A DNA stretch of 64,000 nucleotides from Takakia lepidozioides (taxonomy: Eukaryota; Plantae; Bryophyta), in the NCBI GenBank assembly GCA_030704615.1, contig CM060734.1, positions 10,354,001-10,418,000 on the forward strand, in the 5' to 3' direction. The stretch's first letter is position 1, and every line of letters starts with the position of its first letter. Under the pieces are notes generated by a model. It saw only the letters and a program-made list of their open reading frames with translations. It was not told the DNA's origin and searched no databases. The position numbers were made by a program, and so were the translations under genes. This document shows positions 11,090 through 22,619 of this stretch, one piece after another.

Positions 11090-14000
11090 TCAACGTTTCT
11101 TCCGCTTTTGAGGTCGCCCTTCGAAAGCTGCAACCGCCTCGGATGCGTTTCCCATTTCTGAGGCACGCACCCAAGATGCCTCCACATGATGATAGCCCTT
11201 CCATTTGACGAGATACTCCGTTTCTCGGTTCTTGAACCTCCTCGACTTAAGTATTGCCTCCACCCTCGTACTCAGGTTCATTTTCATGATCCAACAACAT
11301 AGGTGGCGGACGCAACACTTGATGTCGATTCGGACGCGCTTCATCTTTGAAGTAAGGCTTCAAAAGGGAGACATGGAATACTGGGTGCACCTTGTTGTTT
11401 GTCGGCAGCTCCAATTCATACACATCCTCATTCATAACCTTCCGAATGCGAAAGGGTCCCGCATACGGAGGTACGAACTTCGGACTCACTTCCGGAGGTA
11501 GTCGGAAATTCTTGACGTTCAACCAGACCTCTGTGCCTGCCTCAAACTTCACTTCCCTCCGCTTCCGATTCACCTGCCTTTCATACCGTTTCCTAGCTTT
11601 GGCAATGTTGTACTTTGCGAGCTTCAACAAACGCTCGCGTTCTTCCAGTACCGCTGCTACTGCCGGTTCCTCAACGTCCTGGGCGGCCCAACTTGTCGGC
11701 ACCAGAGGTGCTTTTCCATAGACCAATACGAAAGGGGAAACTCCTGTTGCAGAGTGTTCTGTGTTATTATAACAGAACTCTGCCGCGTCTAAGTGTTCCA
11801 TCCAGTCTGATTGGTCTGCCGACACGTAATTCCGCAAGAATTGCTTCACTACGGAATTCACTCTTTCCGTTTGGCCATCCGTCGTAGGTCGGAAGGCGGT
11901 GCTCATCTTCAGCCTCGTCCCCATCTTCTTCCAAAGTGCTCTCTAGAATTTACTCGTAAACTTTGGATCGCGGTCCGAGACAATATCCTTCGGGACTTCA
12001 TGATGCTTTAAGACGTGGGCGAAGTAAAGTCGCCCTGTCTCCTGCGCCGTTGCCGTCTCCTTGGTGGGGATGAATGGCCCATTTTACTAAACCTATCTAC
12101 CACCACCATGATTGCATCGAATCCTTTTGACAGCGGCATAGCAGTCATGAAATCCATCGAGACGCTTTCCCAAGTCCCCTCTGGAATCGGCAAGGGTTGT
12201 AACAGCCCCGCTTGCTTTTTGTACTCGCTCCGGTTTTGTTGGCATGTGGTGCATGTCTTGACATACTCCTCTGCCTCCTCCCTCAGTTTGGGCCAGAAAT
12301 ACTCTTTCTTCAAGAGTGCCGCAGTGCGCTTGGCTCCACCGTGGCCCGCAAGCGGGCTATCATGGCATCTCTCAAGAGACTATCCCTGATCCCTCCCTTC
12401 GGCACGTAGAGACGCTTTTGCTTATACCGGAGCAGTCCATTTTGCAAGTGGAACTGCGATTTAACCCCCATCCTCAAGTCCTGCATCACGGACTTCGCCA
12501 GCTCATCCTTCCAGCAAGCCTTCCGGATCTTCCTTTGGAGTGTCGTCTCGCCCTTGTACACCAACAAGAGCTGCTGCTTTCTACTTAAAGCATCGGCCAC
12601 CACATTGTCCCGTCCCGGTTTGTACTGGATATCCACGTCGAACACTGCCAAAGTATCTTGCCACCTAAGTTGTTTTGGGGACAACTTGGGCTGCGTGGCA
12701 AAATACTTCACCGTGACATTGTCCGTGAACACCTTCACTGGGTTGGAACCAACATGTGGCGCCAGAGCTCAAGGCAATGCACCACCGCCTTCATCTCTTT
12801 TTCGTGCGTCGGCCACCGTCGCTCCACTTCATTCAGTTTCTTACTTTCGTAAGCCACTGGACGTCCATCTTGCATAAGTTACCCCCAATCGCGAAGTCCG
12901 ATGCATCTGTATGAATCTCAAACGGACGATCGAACTCCGGGATTTTCAAGACTGGAGCTTCCGTTATCCGCTGCTTCAATTCAGCAAAAGCTTGGCCACA
13001 AAATGTGTTCCATACCCAGACTTTGGATTTACACAGAAGGTCCGACAGCGGCCCCGCGATCTTGGCAAAATTTCTCACATACTTCCGGTAATAGGAGGCG
13101 AGTCCTAGGAAGGATCGCACTCCCGGGACCGAAGTCGGAGGCTCCCAGTCCAAGATCGCCCTCACCTTTCTGTCATCCATTTTGATCCCATCCTGTGTAA
13201 TCACATGCCCCAAGAACTCCACTTTCGTGACCCCGAATTCGCACTTTGAGGCTTTGGCATACAGCTTCCCTTCTCGCAATTTTTGGAACACCCTTTTGAG
13301 GTGCTCCAGGTGCTCCTCCTTTGTTTTCGAGTACACCAAGATGTCGTCGATGTACACAATCACAAAGTCATCCAACCACTCCTGGAAAAGGCTGTTCATC
13401 AGCGTGCTAAATGTCGCTGGTGCATTGGTGAGCCCAAAAGGCATCACCAAGAACTCATATGAACCATATCTTGTCCTGCACGCGGTCTTCTCCTCATCTC
13501 CTTCCGCCACCCGAATTTGGTGATAGCCGGAGCGCAAGTCGATCCGGCTAAAATACTTCGCTCCTGCCAACCGATCGAAGAGGTCGTCGATCCTTGGCAA
13601 AGGGTACCGGTTTTTTTATAGTCACCTTATTCAGAGCCCTGTAATCGACACACATCCGCAGCGTCCCATCCTTCTTGTCTGCAAATAGCACCGGGGCTCC
13701 GTAAGGTGACTTACTCGGCCGGATGTACCCCTTTGACATTAGATCCTTGAGCTGAGTCTTCAGCTCGACCAACTCTCTGTGGCTCAACCGGTAGGGCGTC
13801 TTGGCAGGCGGTTCCGATCCCGGTATCACCTCAATCTTGTGGTCAACTCCTCTTTGCGGTGGCAAGCCGCTTGGTAAATCCTCCGGCATCACATCCTGGT
13901 ATTTCTCCAAAATCCCCTTGATCCAATTTGGGCTCGGCTCCCCATCGCCTTCTCCCTTCGCTTCTCTAATGTAAAGCAAGAACTGGGGCCCGTGTGCCTC

Positions 14001-15639
14001 CTCCACGGCCCACTCCTTTGCTGACAGAAGGTTTATTCGCCCTCCCACGGATTTGGGCGTTTCTGACACTCGTAAAACCTCGCCACCATTCCCACATGGC
14101 AGCGTGACTACTCTCTTGCGGCCATCTATGACCGCTCCGGATTTGCTCAAAAAGGTCATCCCCAAAATGAGATCCACTCCATTGATCTCGCAGATGGTGA
14201 AGTTCTCACGTCCCTCCCAACTCCCCAGTTGGAGGGGAACATCAATCGCCAACCTTGTCGCCAACTGTGGTTCTCCTTTGGCAGAACGTACCTCAATAGA
14301 GGCCCCCACGTCACTTGTCGGGAGTCCCAGCTTTTGTGCCATTGCCGGTGTCATGAAGGAGTGCGACGCTCCTGTGTCCACCAACAACGACACATTAGTT
14401 CCAGATATTATCCCATCCACGAACAATAACTGACTCCCTTTTCGTAAGGCGCCAGTTTCCTGATACAACTCACAAGAAAATTTGCCTACCTTGCAAGTCC
14501 TGGCGACCACCGCTTCCACCAAGCGACTGATGGTATCTTCCGACAGCTCCGTGGTCGCCCGAGTCATGTTCAATTGCCGGGGCTTCGTGCACTTCTTGGC
14601 CATGTGCCCGGGCTCCCCGCAATTGAAACACACTCCATCAAAGGTCGCCTTCTGTCCGCCATAAGCCGCTCCACCCGCTTTTCCTTTCGGAGCACCGAGT
14701 GCCGCCTTGACGTGTGAAGGCCCTCCCTTCGATTTCCACGTGCCATTATCGCCGCGTGGCCTATCCCACTTCTTTTCCGGTCGGAAAGAGTCACCTTCCC
14801 GCCGAATCTTGTTGTGGTTCAGCTCCGTACGGCCTTGTCTTTCACCCCTAGGGACATCCGAGAAACATTCAGCCCTCTCAATTGCCTCGTTCAAAGTCTT
14901 GGGTGGCTTCTCCTCCAACTTCCGCCTGGCCCATGGGGCCAGTCCCGCCACAAAGTTGAAGACCATATCTGGTTCTGCCATGTCCGCGACTTCGAGCAAC
15001 AGCACATAGAAAGCTTGGACGTACCCCCGAATGTCATCTGTTTGCTTCAAATTCCTCATCTTGTCCCGGGCAAGCCAGGACGCGTTGAGGGGCACAAACT
15101 GTCTCTTCAACAATTCCTTGAACCCACTCCAGTTCAAGGTTTCCGGACTTGGACCTCGGTCGTGAAGGCGTTTCTGCCACCATTGTTGAGCATAGCCCCT
15201 CAAATAGGTGGGAGCCACTTCCACCCGATCCTCGTCACTCAACTTGGCCGCCCGGAAGTACTGCTCTAGCTCCAAGAGCCAGGTGTTGAGTGCCTTCCGA
15301 TTTCGGACGCCCTCGAAGGTGCCGGGTTCCTTAGGCTTCACCTTAAACTTTGCCTTAGCGGAAGTGGCATTAGCCGCCTTCAACACCTCTTTCAAACTGC
15401 GCCAACAACCCTTCCCAAAAGGCTGCCGGCATGGGAGGCATCTCTTGGTTTCTCGGAGCTCTCAAGGATTCCTCGGGCTCCGACTCCTCGGATTGCTCCC
15501 GCTCTTGGGCGGCCTCGTTTTCGGAAACATGCATCGCTTCCTCAAACGGCCGCCTCGGTGACACGTCGCCCCCATCGGGCTCACCGGGATCATCATCTTT
15601 TGGGCTGTTCCGCTTTCGCTTCGGCTTGCCCGACCCCAT
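11090..15639 (-). pseudogene. Chromovirus gag-pol polyprotein broken by several single-base frameshifts
   Basis: Consecutive ORFs 13548-15395 (gag/PR/RT start), 12833-13600 (RT), 12310-12738 (RH), 12008-12313 and 11247-11924 (INT; TDGQTER, GPF) and 11090-11344 (chromodomain EYLVKWKGY..SW). Confidence 0.92.
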
Positions 15640-15694
15640 GATGAGGCCAATCCCAAGGACGATCGCGTACTGAACTCTAAGCTCTGATACCAAG

Positions 15695-16420
15695 TGACGC
15701 GCACCTCACTTTGGTAAACTCCCCTTCAAGTCATAGTTACTCGCTTTGATGCGCGCCTGACTCCCAACCTGGCCGCCGGGCCAACTTGGAGCTTCGGCTG
15801 CTCACCGGGACATAACGGTCCCCTTTCGCTTCCCTCTAAAACCCTCCACCTAATTGGGTCTAGGAGAATTCCCTTTGGTAGATGGCAGTCCGGAACAGCT
15901 CCCCACTCTTTGGTCGCTTTCCGGCTCGCTCGCTTACTCACTAGTTTTTGGTCACCAACGGGCTTGCACCGTTCTCGGGGTCACTACTCCCTTATATATA
16001 CTTCTATAGCTGTCCGCGGGGGTTCCACAACCAGCCATGCCATTTTATGGCGAACCACCACGAAAACCCACGACTCCCGGTGATGAGTCGCGGTGAGTCT
16101 TGGCCCGCTCACCACGGCCCCTATGGACCGTGATGAGTCCCAAAACTCCCCACGACTCCCACCACGAGGTCTCCGCCCCCATGGTGAGTCCTATGCCACC
16201 CCCACTAAGTCCCGCTAAGCTACCACCACCCCTTGTGGAGCCACCCCCACCGCAACCCGGTGTGCGGGGCTTCCACCTAGTGAGCGCCTCCGCTTCCCTG
16301 AGTGCCTTGGGCACTCAAGGGTGCTTCAGCCCCCCATACCTATCGCTGCCGCTGCCCCCACCACAGGGGCAGCCCCTCATGTGTCCCGACCCCCTGCCCT
16401 CAAGGCAAAGGGCCGCGACA
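15695..16420 (-). repeat. 5' LTR of chromovirus
   Basis: Followed on the minus strand by the tRNA-iMet PBS. Confidence 0.97.
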
Positions 16421-16474
16421 CACTGAACTTGGTCTCCTTTTTGGATTCTGGTGTATTGCCAAACCGTTCAAACA

Positions 16475-17154
16475 GTGATGGTCGGTACGGATCATCATAA
16501 TCAGACTGCCTTGGGAAGCACAACCCATGAGGTATGGATGTGATGGTCGGCACCGATCATCACTTCACAACAGAATTCTGCATTTCATTGTATGAGATAT
16601 AGAGCATAGAAATGGACTTGTAGGCGATGGTCGACACCGACCATCACTTTGTTGTTTCTCCAATTCCAAATATGAAGTTGAATGGACATTTCTCCACCTA
16701 AAGAATTTCATTGTACAAAGGCTTCCAATGCGAGAAAGGATTTTGGGTTAACATGCAGTCATTGCCGAAAGTGATGATCGGTACCGACCATCACTATTTA
16801 AGTGCCAAGGGATGCACAAACAATTGGAGCTGAATGTGATGGTCGGTACCGATCATCACTTTCCTGAACGACCACGCCATTTCTAAACTGTTCTGAACAA
16901 GAAGGGAATGGACCTCAAAGCGATGATCGCTTTGACGTCATTGCAAGATGCGTCTTTAGTTCCCTGTCACTCTTGAATCACAATGAACATCGCATTCTTT
17001 GCTTAAATAAAGCAATGGCGAAGGTGATGGTCGGCACCGATCATCACTTTTGCCTTGATACATATTCTTTCCTGCCTGCCTGACGTCCTGAATCTGCTGA
17101 AATAAGACACCACCTACAGTCTTCTGTAAAGCGATGATCGCCACCGATCATCGT
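16475..17154. repeat. Array of 24-bp palindromes (right part, continuous with the left part before the LTR insertion)
   Basis: Copies at 16475, 16540, 16624, 16771, 16836, 16920 (degenerate), 17024 and 17131. Removing the chromovirus and one TSD restores the ~105-bp spacing. Confidence 0.95.
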
Positions 17155-17179
17155 TTTTCTCACATCGGGGGACTATCAG

Positions 17180-17986
17180 TAAAGAGGGAGAAGTGCGTTT
17201 GAGAGAACTTACGGATCCCTTCGCCTTCTTCGGCTTCGTGGCTGCATCGCTCGGATCGCCCTTTGCAGCTTTCCTCTTCCCTTTTGCATCGGTCTGAACA
17301 TAAGAAAAAACAATGTATTGATCCCACATTGAATGGAAAACATCAAGACTAATGATAACAATATTATGCGGATATTGAATGATCACCATTTCTGTCTGAT
17401 GTAGGGTTTGCTGACTTCCTCCCGGTATGGCATCCACTGCTCCTCCTTTTGTTGTGTTGTCTTCGTGCATGAACTCGGTTGGCACTGTTTGGTTTCCTAC
17501 GCTCACTGCTCCAGCCGTCGCTGCGACTGCGGCGACCTCACTCTCACTTCCTACATGCTCTTCTGCTTGATCTGTCTCCAAGTTCACATGCTGCCTAAGC
17601 GCTGCACCATCTTGCATGCGACGCCTCGTCATTTGCTCTCTTGATCTCAGCCTCTCTCTAACCAATGTAAAATACAATGATTTCCTCCTCTTCCGAACCG
17701 AACAAGGAACCCTCTCCAGCTTGACTTCCTCTCTTCCTCTAAGAAACAAGAATGATGAACAGACTCGCTTTCTTCCGGGGTCCCTTCGTTTTGGAAGTGT
17801 CCCTGGAACCGTTCGATTCCCTCTTGCGTGTCCAATACTTGAACGTACGTGACAGTGAAAATAGCGTAACCTATTTGGGACAGCTGTTCCTTTGCGCGGT
17901 TGTTTTGGGTTCTTGGCGTGTGCAAACATAAATTTGACATGTGACTTTTTTGTGACGGCTTCATTAATATCACCATTGGACGTCAT
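17180..17986 (-). CDS. Probable 5' exons of the accessory gene (low-complexity, basic NLS-like KGKRK/KPKKAK)
   Basis: Long minus-strand ORF divergent from the transposase and upstream of the palindrome-containing intron. The start codon and splicing are uncertain. Confidence 0.35.
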
Positions 17987-18483
17987 GGATGAGAATTCTC
18001 GAAGTACTTGCCATGAGGCCTACTTAGGATTTAACGGAATATGCGTATGTGGAGAGTTCTGGGCCCAGGGATTGCATGATCTTGAAACCATCCACATGAT
18101 CAGACATACTGGATATAGTCATGGCCTGACAAATGAACTAATTACTTCAATTCTCTTCCCATCATCCCTGCATGGGATCCTCAGGCTGTCTTCAAGGAAG
18201 TTAGCGGGTTTTTATTGTTTTGGGGAGACCCCCACAACTAGATGGATTATCTGTCAGCATTGCTCAGAAGACAATACAGACTGCATGTCACATACGTTAA
18301 TTTGACGGTGACTTGCCAGGAACCGTCCCACATTGATTAGATGGAATATCATAATATGCACAATCTTCAAGGAATGGGTGCTTCCGCCTCATTTCATGTG
18401 CAACCAGGGTGTTGCATAGCTGAATCATCTGATTTCGCAAAGGAGCAGCTGAGGAAAGAGAACCCCCCGCTCGGAAAGGTAAC

Positions 18484-21400
18484 ATGGCTTCCTCCGAAGC
18501 AGAGTTTTATTCTGACGACAAACCAGTGCCTTTCTCCAAAGAAGCACTTGACAATGGATTCGCGATTGTGACGGAACATGTCTTGGCTACCCGGTTTGAA
18601 CTTTTGAATGGGTCCATCTTCTTGGAGAAAGAGGTGTACGATTTCGACGGGAAGTTGTTGAAATACTCTTTTCAAAATCGTGATGAGACGGCTCATGTGA
18701 GCCAGTGGAGAGTGCGCCCTGGTAGATACAGAGTACTTGGAGAGCCTCGGAGAAAGTCCCTTGGATCATATGTGACGCCCGGGACTGCTGCTTCAGTCGT
18801 TGAAGACAAAAGGGAGGTGGTGGTGAAAAAAGAAGAAACGTGCTCAACTCCAATCGTTGAGCTTTCGGATTTGTCCGATGATGACATTAGTGAAATTCCA
18901 ACTCCAATCCTTTGTACTGTAGTTGTGGAAGCGGATGAAGAAGACATTTGTAGTGTCATTCCAAAGCTACGGGCGATGGGAGGAATGGCAGGTTTCAAAA
19001 GTGAGTTGCGGGGAATTGATTGGGAAGCTTTGAAGCAGGTGCCTGCGAAGTTCCTGCCAGAGACTTTTGATGGGGATATCCTATTCGAGCTGCTTCCTCC
19101 TTTGCGAGTTGGAGGTATAACAAGCATGATGCACGAAATGGACAAGAAACACGACGGGCACCCATGGTGCAGAACAAAAACATCCAATATTCAAAATGAA
19201 TACAAGCTTGTTTTCAGGAGAACAGTTTGCAATGAACACCTTAGGTGTGATAATTTGAATTGCAGACACTTTCGTCAGTCTGGGGTTCACAATCGCAGCG
19301 AGTGGGAGGGTCTCGCGGAAAATCCATTTAAGCCTGGGACTGCTCCTCCAGCGGAAACCACTTTTGTTTGCAAATTCTGCAAACTAGTACCAACCTGCCT
19401 GGCGCTGTGTGGAGCAAGAATGTACTATGTTGTCCACCGTTTGAAAACCATGACAAGAGCTTGTGTGCATTTTGGTTTCCATAACCATCCTGTCTCGAAG
19501 GGGGATTACATGGAGAGTGTTGAGACAGTATCGAGGTTGATTAAACATGAGTACAAGAGAAACCCATTCGCAACAACATCCGCAATTGCTCTTGGCGCAA
19601 GCAAGTTCTTCTTGGAAAGCCATATTTTGAGTGAAGGGGATTATGTGGGGACTAAACTTGACGGTGCAGCACTCGACGTTGTCATGGATCATTTCTCCAC
19701 GTTGAGTTCACCTAACATTCGGCATCAGATCAATGCATTGAGAATGGGCTCTGGGATCAGAGGCTACATAGACAACATTTTGGAATTGAAACGACTGAGC
19801 ATGTACGACTACATCCAAGACAATGTTTTTCCAGGTCAAGGTGCCATCAAAGTTTTTCTTTTCAAAATGTCGACTGCTGGGGAGGGTAGTGGGGTTAGCC
19901 TCGTGAAGCGGATGCAGAAGACTGGGGACCTGCAGAATTGTTTTATTATGTTTGATCATGTGAAACAAGTGAAAGATTGGACGACAATGGCTTGTCATGT
20001 GTATAATCCAGTGTACCAACGAGTTATGACAATTGCAGTTTGTGACATGCAATCCGAGGATACGGAATCCCAGAAGCTCATGTGGAATTCCCTTGTACGT
20101 GTTATGGGCTGCTATGGGGTGCCATCTCCAAATTTTGCTGGTTTTATGGCAGATATTGCTCAGGCGAATTTCAATGCAGTTCAAATTGTCTTCGGATCAG
20201 GCGACCCAAAAGTACCAATGCCGGGAAGAGAGCGTACATGTCTATTCCATTGGACACAATCTTTGGAGAAACATACAAAATCGGACATCAAACCAGAGAT
20301 GCAAACACAGCACTGTACAGAGTACAAAGATGCTAGAACAATGAAGGAGGCGGACACTTTGTTCCAGACAATTCGTGCTTGGTGGTTCTCTTCTGGAGCT
20401 GCATCGCTTGAGAGTATGAGAGCATTGGAAGATTGGCTGGCGTTTTGGCACTTCCGGTACAGTCAGTGGGGAGCAGCCATGACAATGGTGCAAGGCTTGT
20501 ATTGCTAGCTTTATTCATACATTTACTTTCCAAATTTTGCTCTCCTTGCTTTCTTTATGTTGTTCCCTGTGCACTGTTCTGAAGTGTGGTTCTGCTCTTT
20601 GCAGAACATGTCCATTGAGGAAATGGCGGACATGCCATCTTGCAATTTGGCAGAGACTATGTACAATGCATGGTTGCAACAGTCTGGGAAACAAGGTCGG
20701 GATTTGTATGTGGCAACAACAGATGATCTGATACGTGCCTTGCAACAACAAACCAAATACCGTGATTTCTTGCGAGGACGGGCTGGTGGCAAGGGTCCGG
20801 ACAAACAGGAGTTGATGTTGCATGCTACAAACAGATCTGGGGATCCAAGCAAGATAGCATGGGCGGTGAGCATGTATGCCCAGGGAACACCACTTGTTTC
20901 TAGAGTTCCACATCTTGAAGGGGAGGAGAGATTCGGCTCATGTAAGAGGAAATTGAACACCCCACCTGGTTCGGATTCCGATTCGCACAGGGCAGACCGC
21001 GATAACTTTTCGAAGCCTCGTGTTCCCCTGCATGGCAGATCCATGTCCGGAACCTCCATTCTGGAGGAACCTCCGACTCGACGGCAAGCTCCAGCATCTA
21101 ACAGTGCCACTGAAATGGTGCAGGAGATAAACTACCCCCTTGATGTGTTGGAGTCCGCATGCCCCGACCACGTTTGGCACAAAGAACGCACAAGTGCAGG
21201 GTCTCGTGTGAAATGTACAGCGATCAGGGCAACTAATTTTGAGAAGTGCACTTCATCTATATCCAAGGCGGTGCCCGGACTCCTGCTCCGACTTTCACGG
21301 GTTTGATGCGTCCATACGGCCAACCAGAAGCAAAGAACCACAAGTTCTGGTTCTACGCAGACAATTGTGGTAGATGTGTGCATGGAACTGTGCGTCCTTC

Positions 21401-21989
21401 CATGGTGATGAAGCCAGCTCCTCCAACCGTTTGGCCCGTCAAAGTGGGAACACATCTCATAAGTCAGGAGATTGCAATGCTGGAGGAGGCAGGCTTTTCC
21501 CTTGCGAGACAACCCCTACTGCATATATGTGTTTCTACTTCTGCGTCCTCTCGGGTCCCCTCGGCAAATCCTCACTTGTGGCCAACCAAACGAGATGGAA
21601 AGCTGGTTCGGCGTTTCCCTCCAACCGCTGAACACCTCAGCAAAGTGGAGTCCGCAAGAATGCTCCAAGCTCGTGTTGCAAGCACCACGGAAGTGCCCGA
21701 TCCAGGATATGGTTGGGTGTACACAATGATCACTTCGACATCTGCTGTTCATGACAGGGCATACGACATCACGGTTTCCAATTTTCCCAATTGCACATGT
21801 CCTGATTTTGTGAATATGCTATCAACCAGTTTGGGCAAGAGAGGTAAATTCATACCCTGCAAACATTTGTATTTCGTATTTTTGAAGAGGATGGTTTGCG
21901 ATCCCAAACGTGACAACTTCGTTCACCAGGCCACTCTGAGTTTCAACGAGGTAGATACTCTATTGCAGCGGGATACAACACATAGGTAG
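18484..21989 (+). CDS. MULE transposase: GCM/WRKY-type Zn finger, DDE core, unknown Cys domain and SWIM finger; intron ~20488-20604, frameshift near 21265
   Basis: Cys-rich region ending HFGFHNHP. Core motifs MFDH, FMADIAQAN and CLFH (MULE CxxH), then SCNLAET (catalytic E). SWIM finger CTCPDF...PCKHL. Confidence 0.85.
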
Positions 21990-22619
21990 CATCAACTATG
22001 CCATGTGGTATATGGACGATCATGCTATGAAATGTGCAATTTGCAACATTGTCATAAAAATTCAATTCAAATCAATTCGTTTGCAACATCGTCGGCGGTG
22101 CAATGATATGGCGTCCCTTATCCCTCCATTATCCTTCCAACTATACTGAGTGAGCTCTGAGTGACAACTTTTAAAAGCACATTCATCATTGCACCGTTCG
22201 AAGTGTACATGTCTTCCTGTCGCTATGCACTGCAACCATCTTTTGAAGATGATCCTAACTCTCATTGTTATTTGGGGAGGGAGCAAGGTCTTCCTGTTGC
22301 AGCCTCTATGGCGCACACTTTGTGAGGATATTTCAAACCCTTGTAAATATAAAAGTGAAACAAACATTTGTAATTGCACAATGTTGGATGCTGCAATTAT
22401 AGGCCTCATGGTAGTCTTTATTGTATTCAGCCAAGGATTCCCTTCATTATTCCCACGGTCATAGGACCATCCTCGGTTATAGGCGGCGCATGTTCATGCT
22501 GACGTGGCAGATGACAGCGCAGGGCCACGTCATCATTTGCCGCCACATCAGCCTGCTTACATCACGCTCACGCCACGTCACTCTTGCGTGAACGTACGCT
22601 CGCGCGCTCATGCCCTTCC

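Larger units (their letters stand above)
9458..16420 (-). mobile_element. Full-length Ty3/gypsy chromovirus (Galadriel-like)
   Basis: LTRs 9458-10185 and 15695-16420 (TG...CA, ~98% identical by eye). TSD CACTG at 9453-9457 and 16421-16425. PBS TGGTATCAGAGC (tRNA-iMet) at 15692-15681. Domain order gag-CCHC-PR(DTGA)-RT(YIDD)-RH-INT-chromodomain. Confidence 0.97.
5453..22613 (+). mobile_element. Mutator-like (MULE) DNA transposon with short or degenerate TIRs and an accessory ParB-MTase gene (~10.2 kb without the nested chromovirus)
   Basis: Contains a MULE transposase. The ends GCGTGAGC (left) and GCTCATGC (right) are imperfectly inverted, with clustered CCACGTCA subterminal motifs at both ends. 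The right end is homologous to 44650-44783. No TSD was found, so the boundaries are approximate. Confidence 0.7.

Noticed and set aside
8867-17154. CRISPR array
   Set aside because: Spacers are variable in length and homologous to each other, there are no cas genes, and the context is a eukaryotic intron. Kept as a palindrome array.
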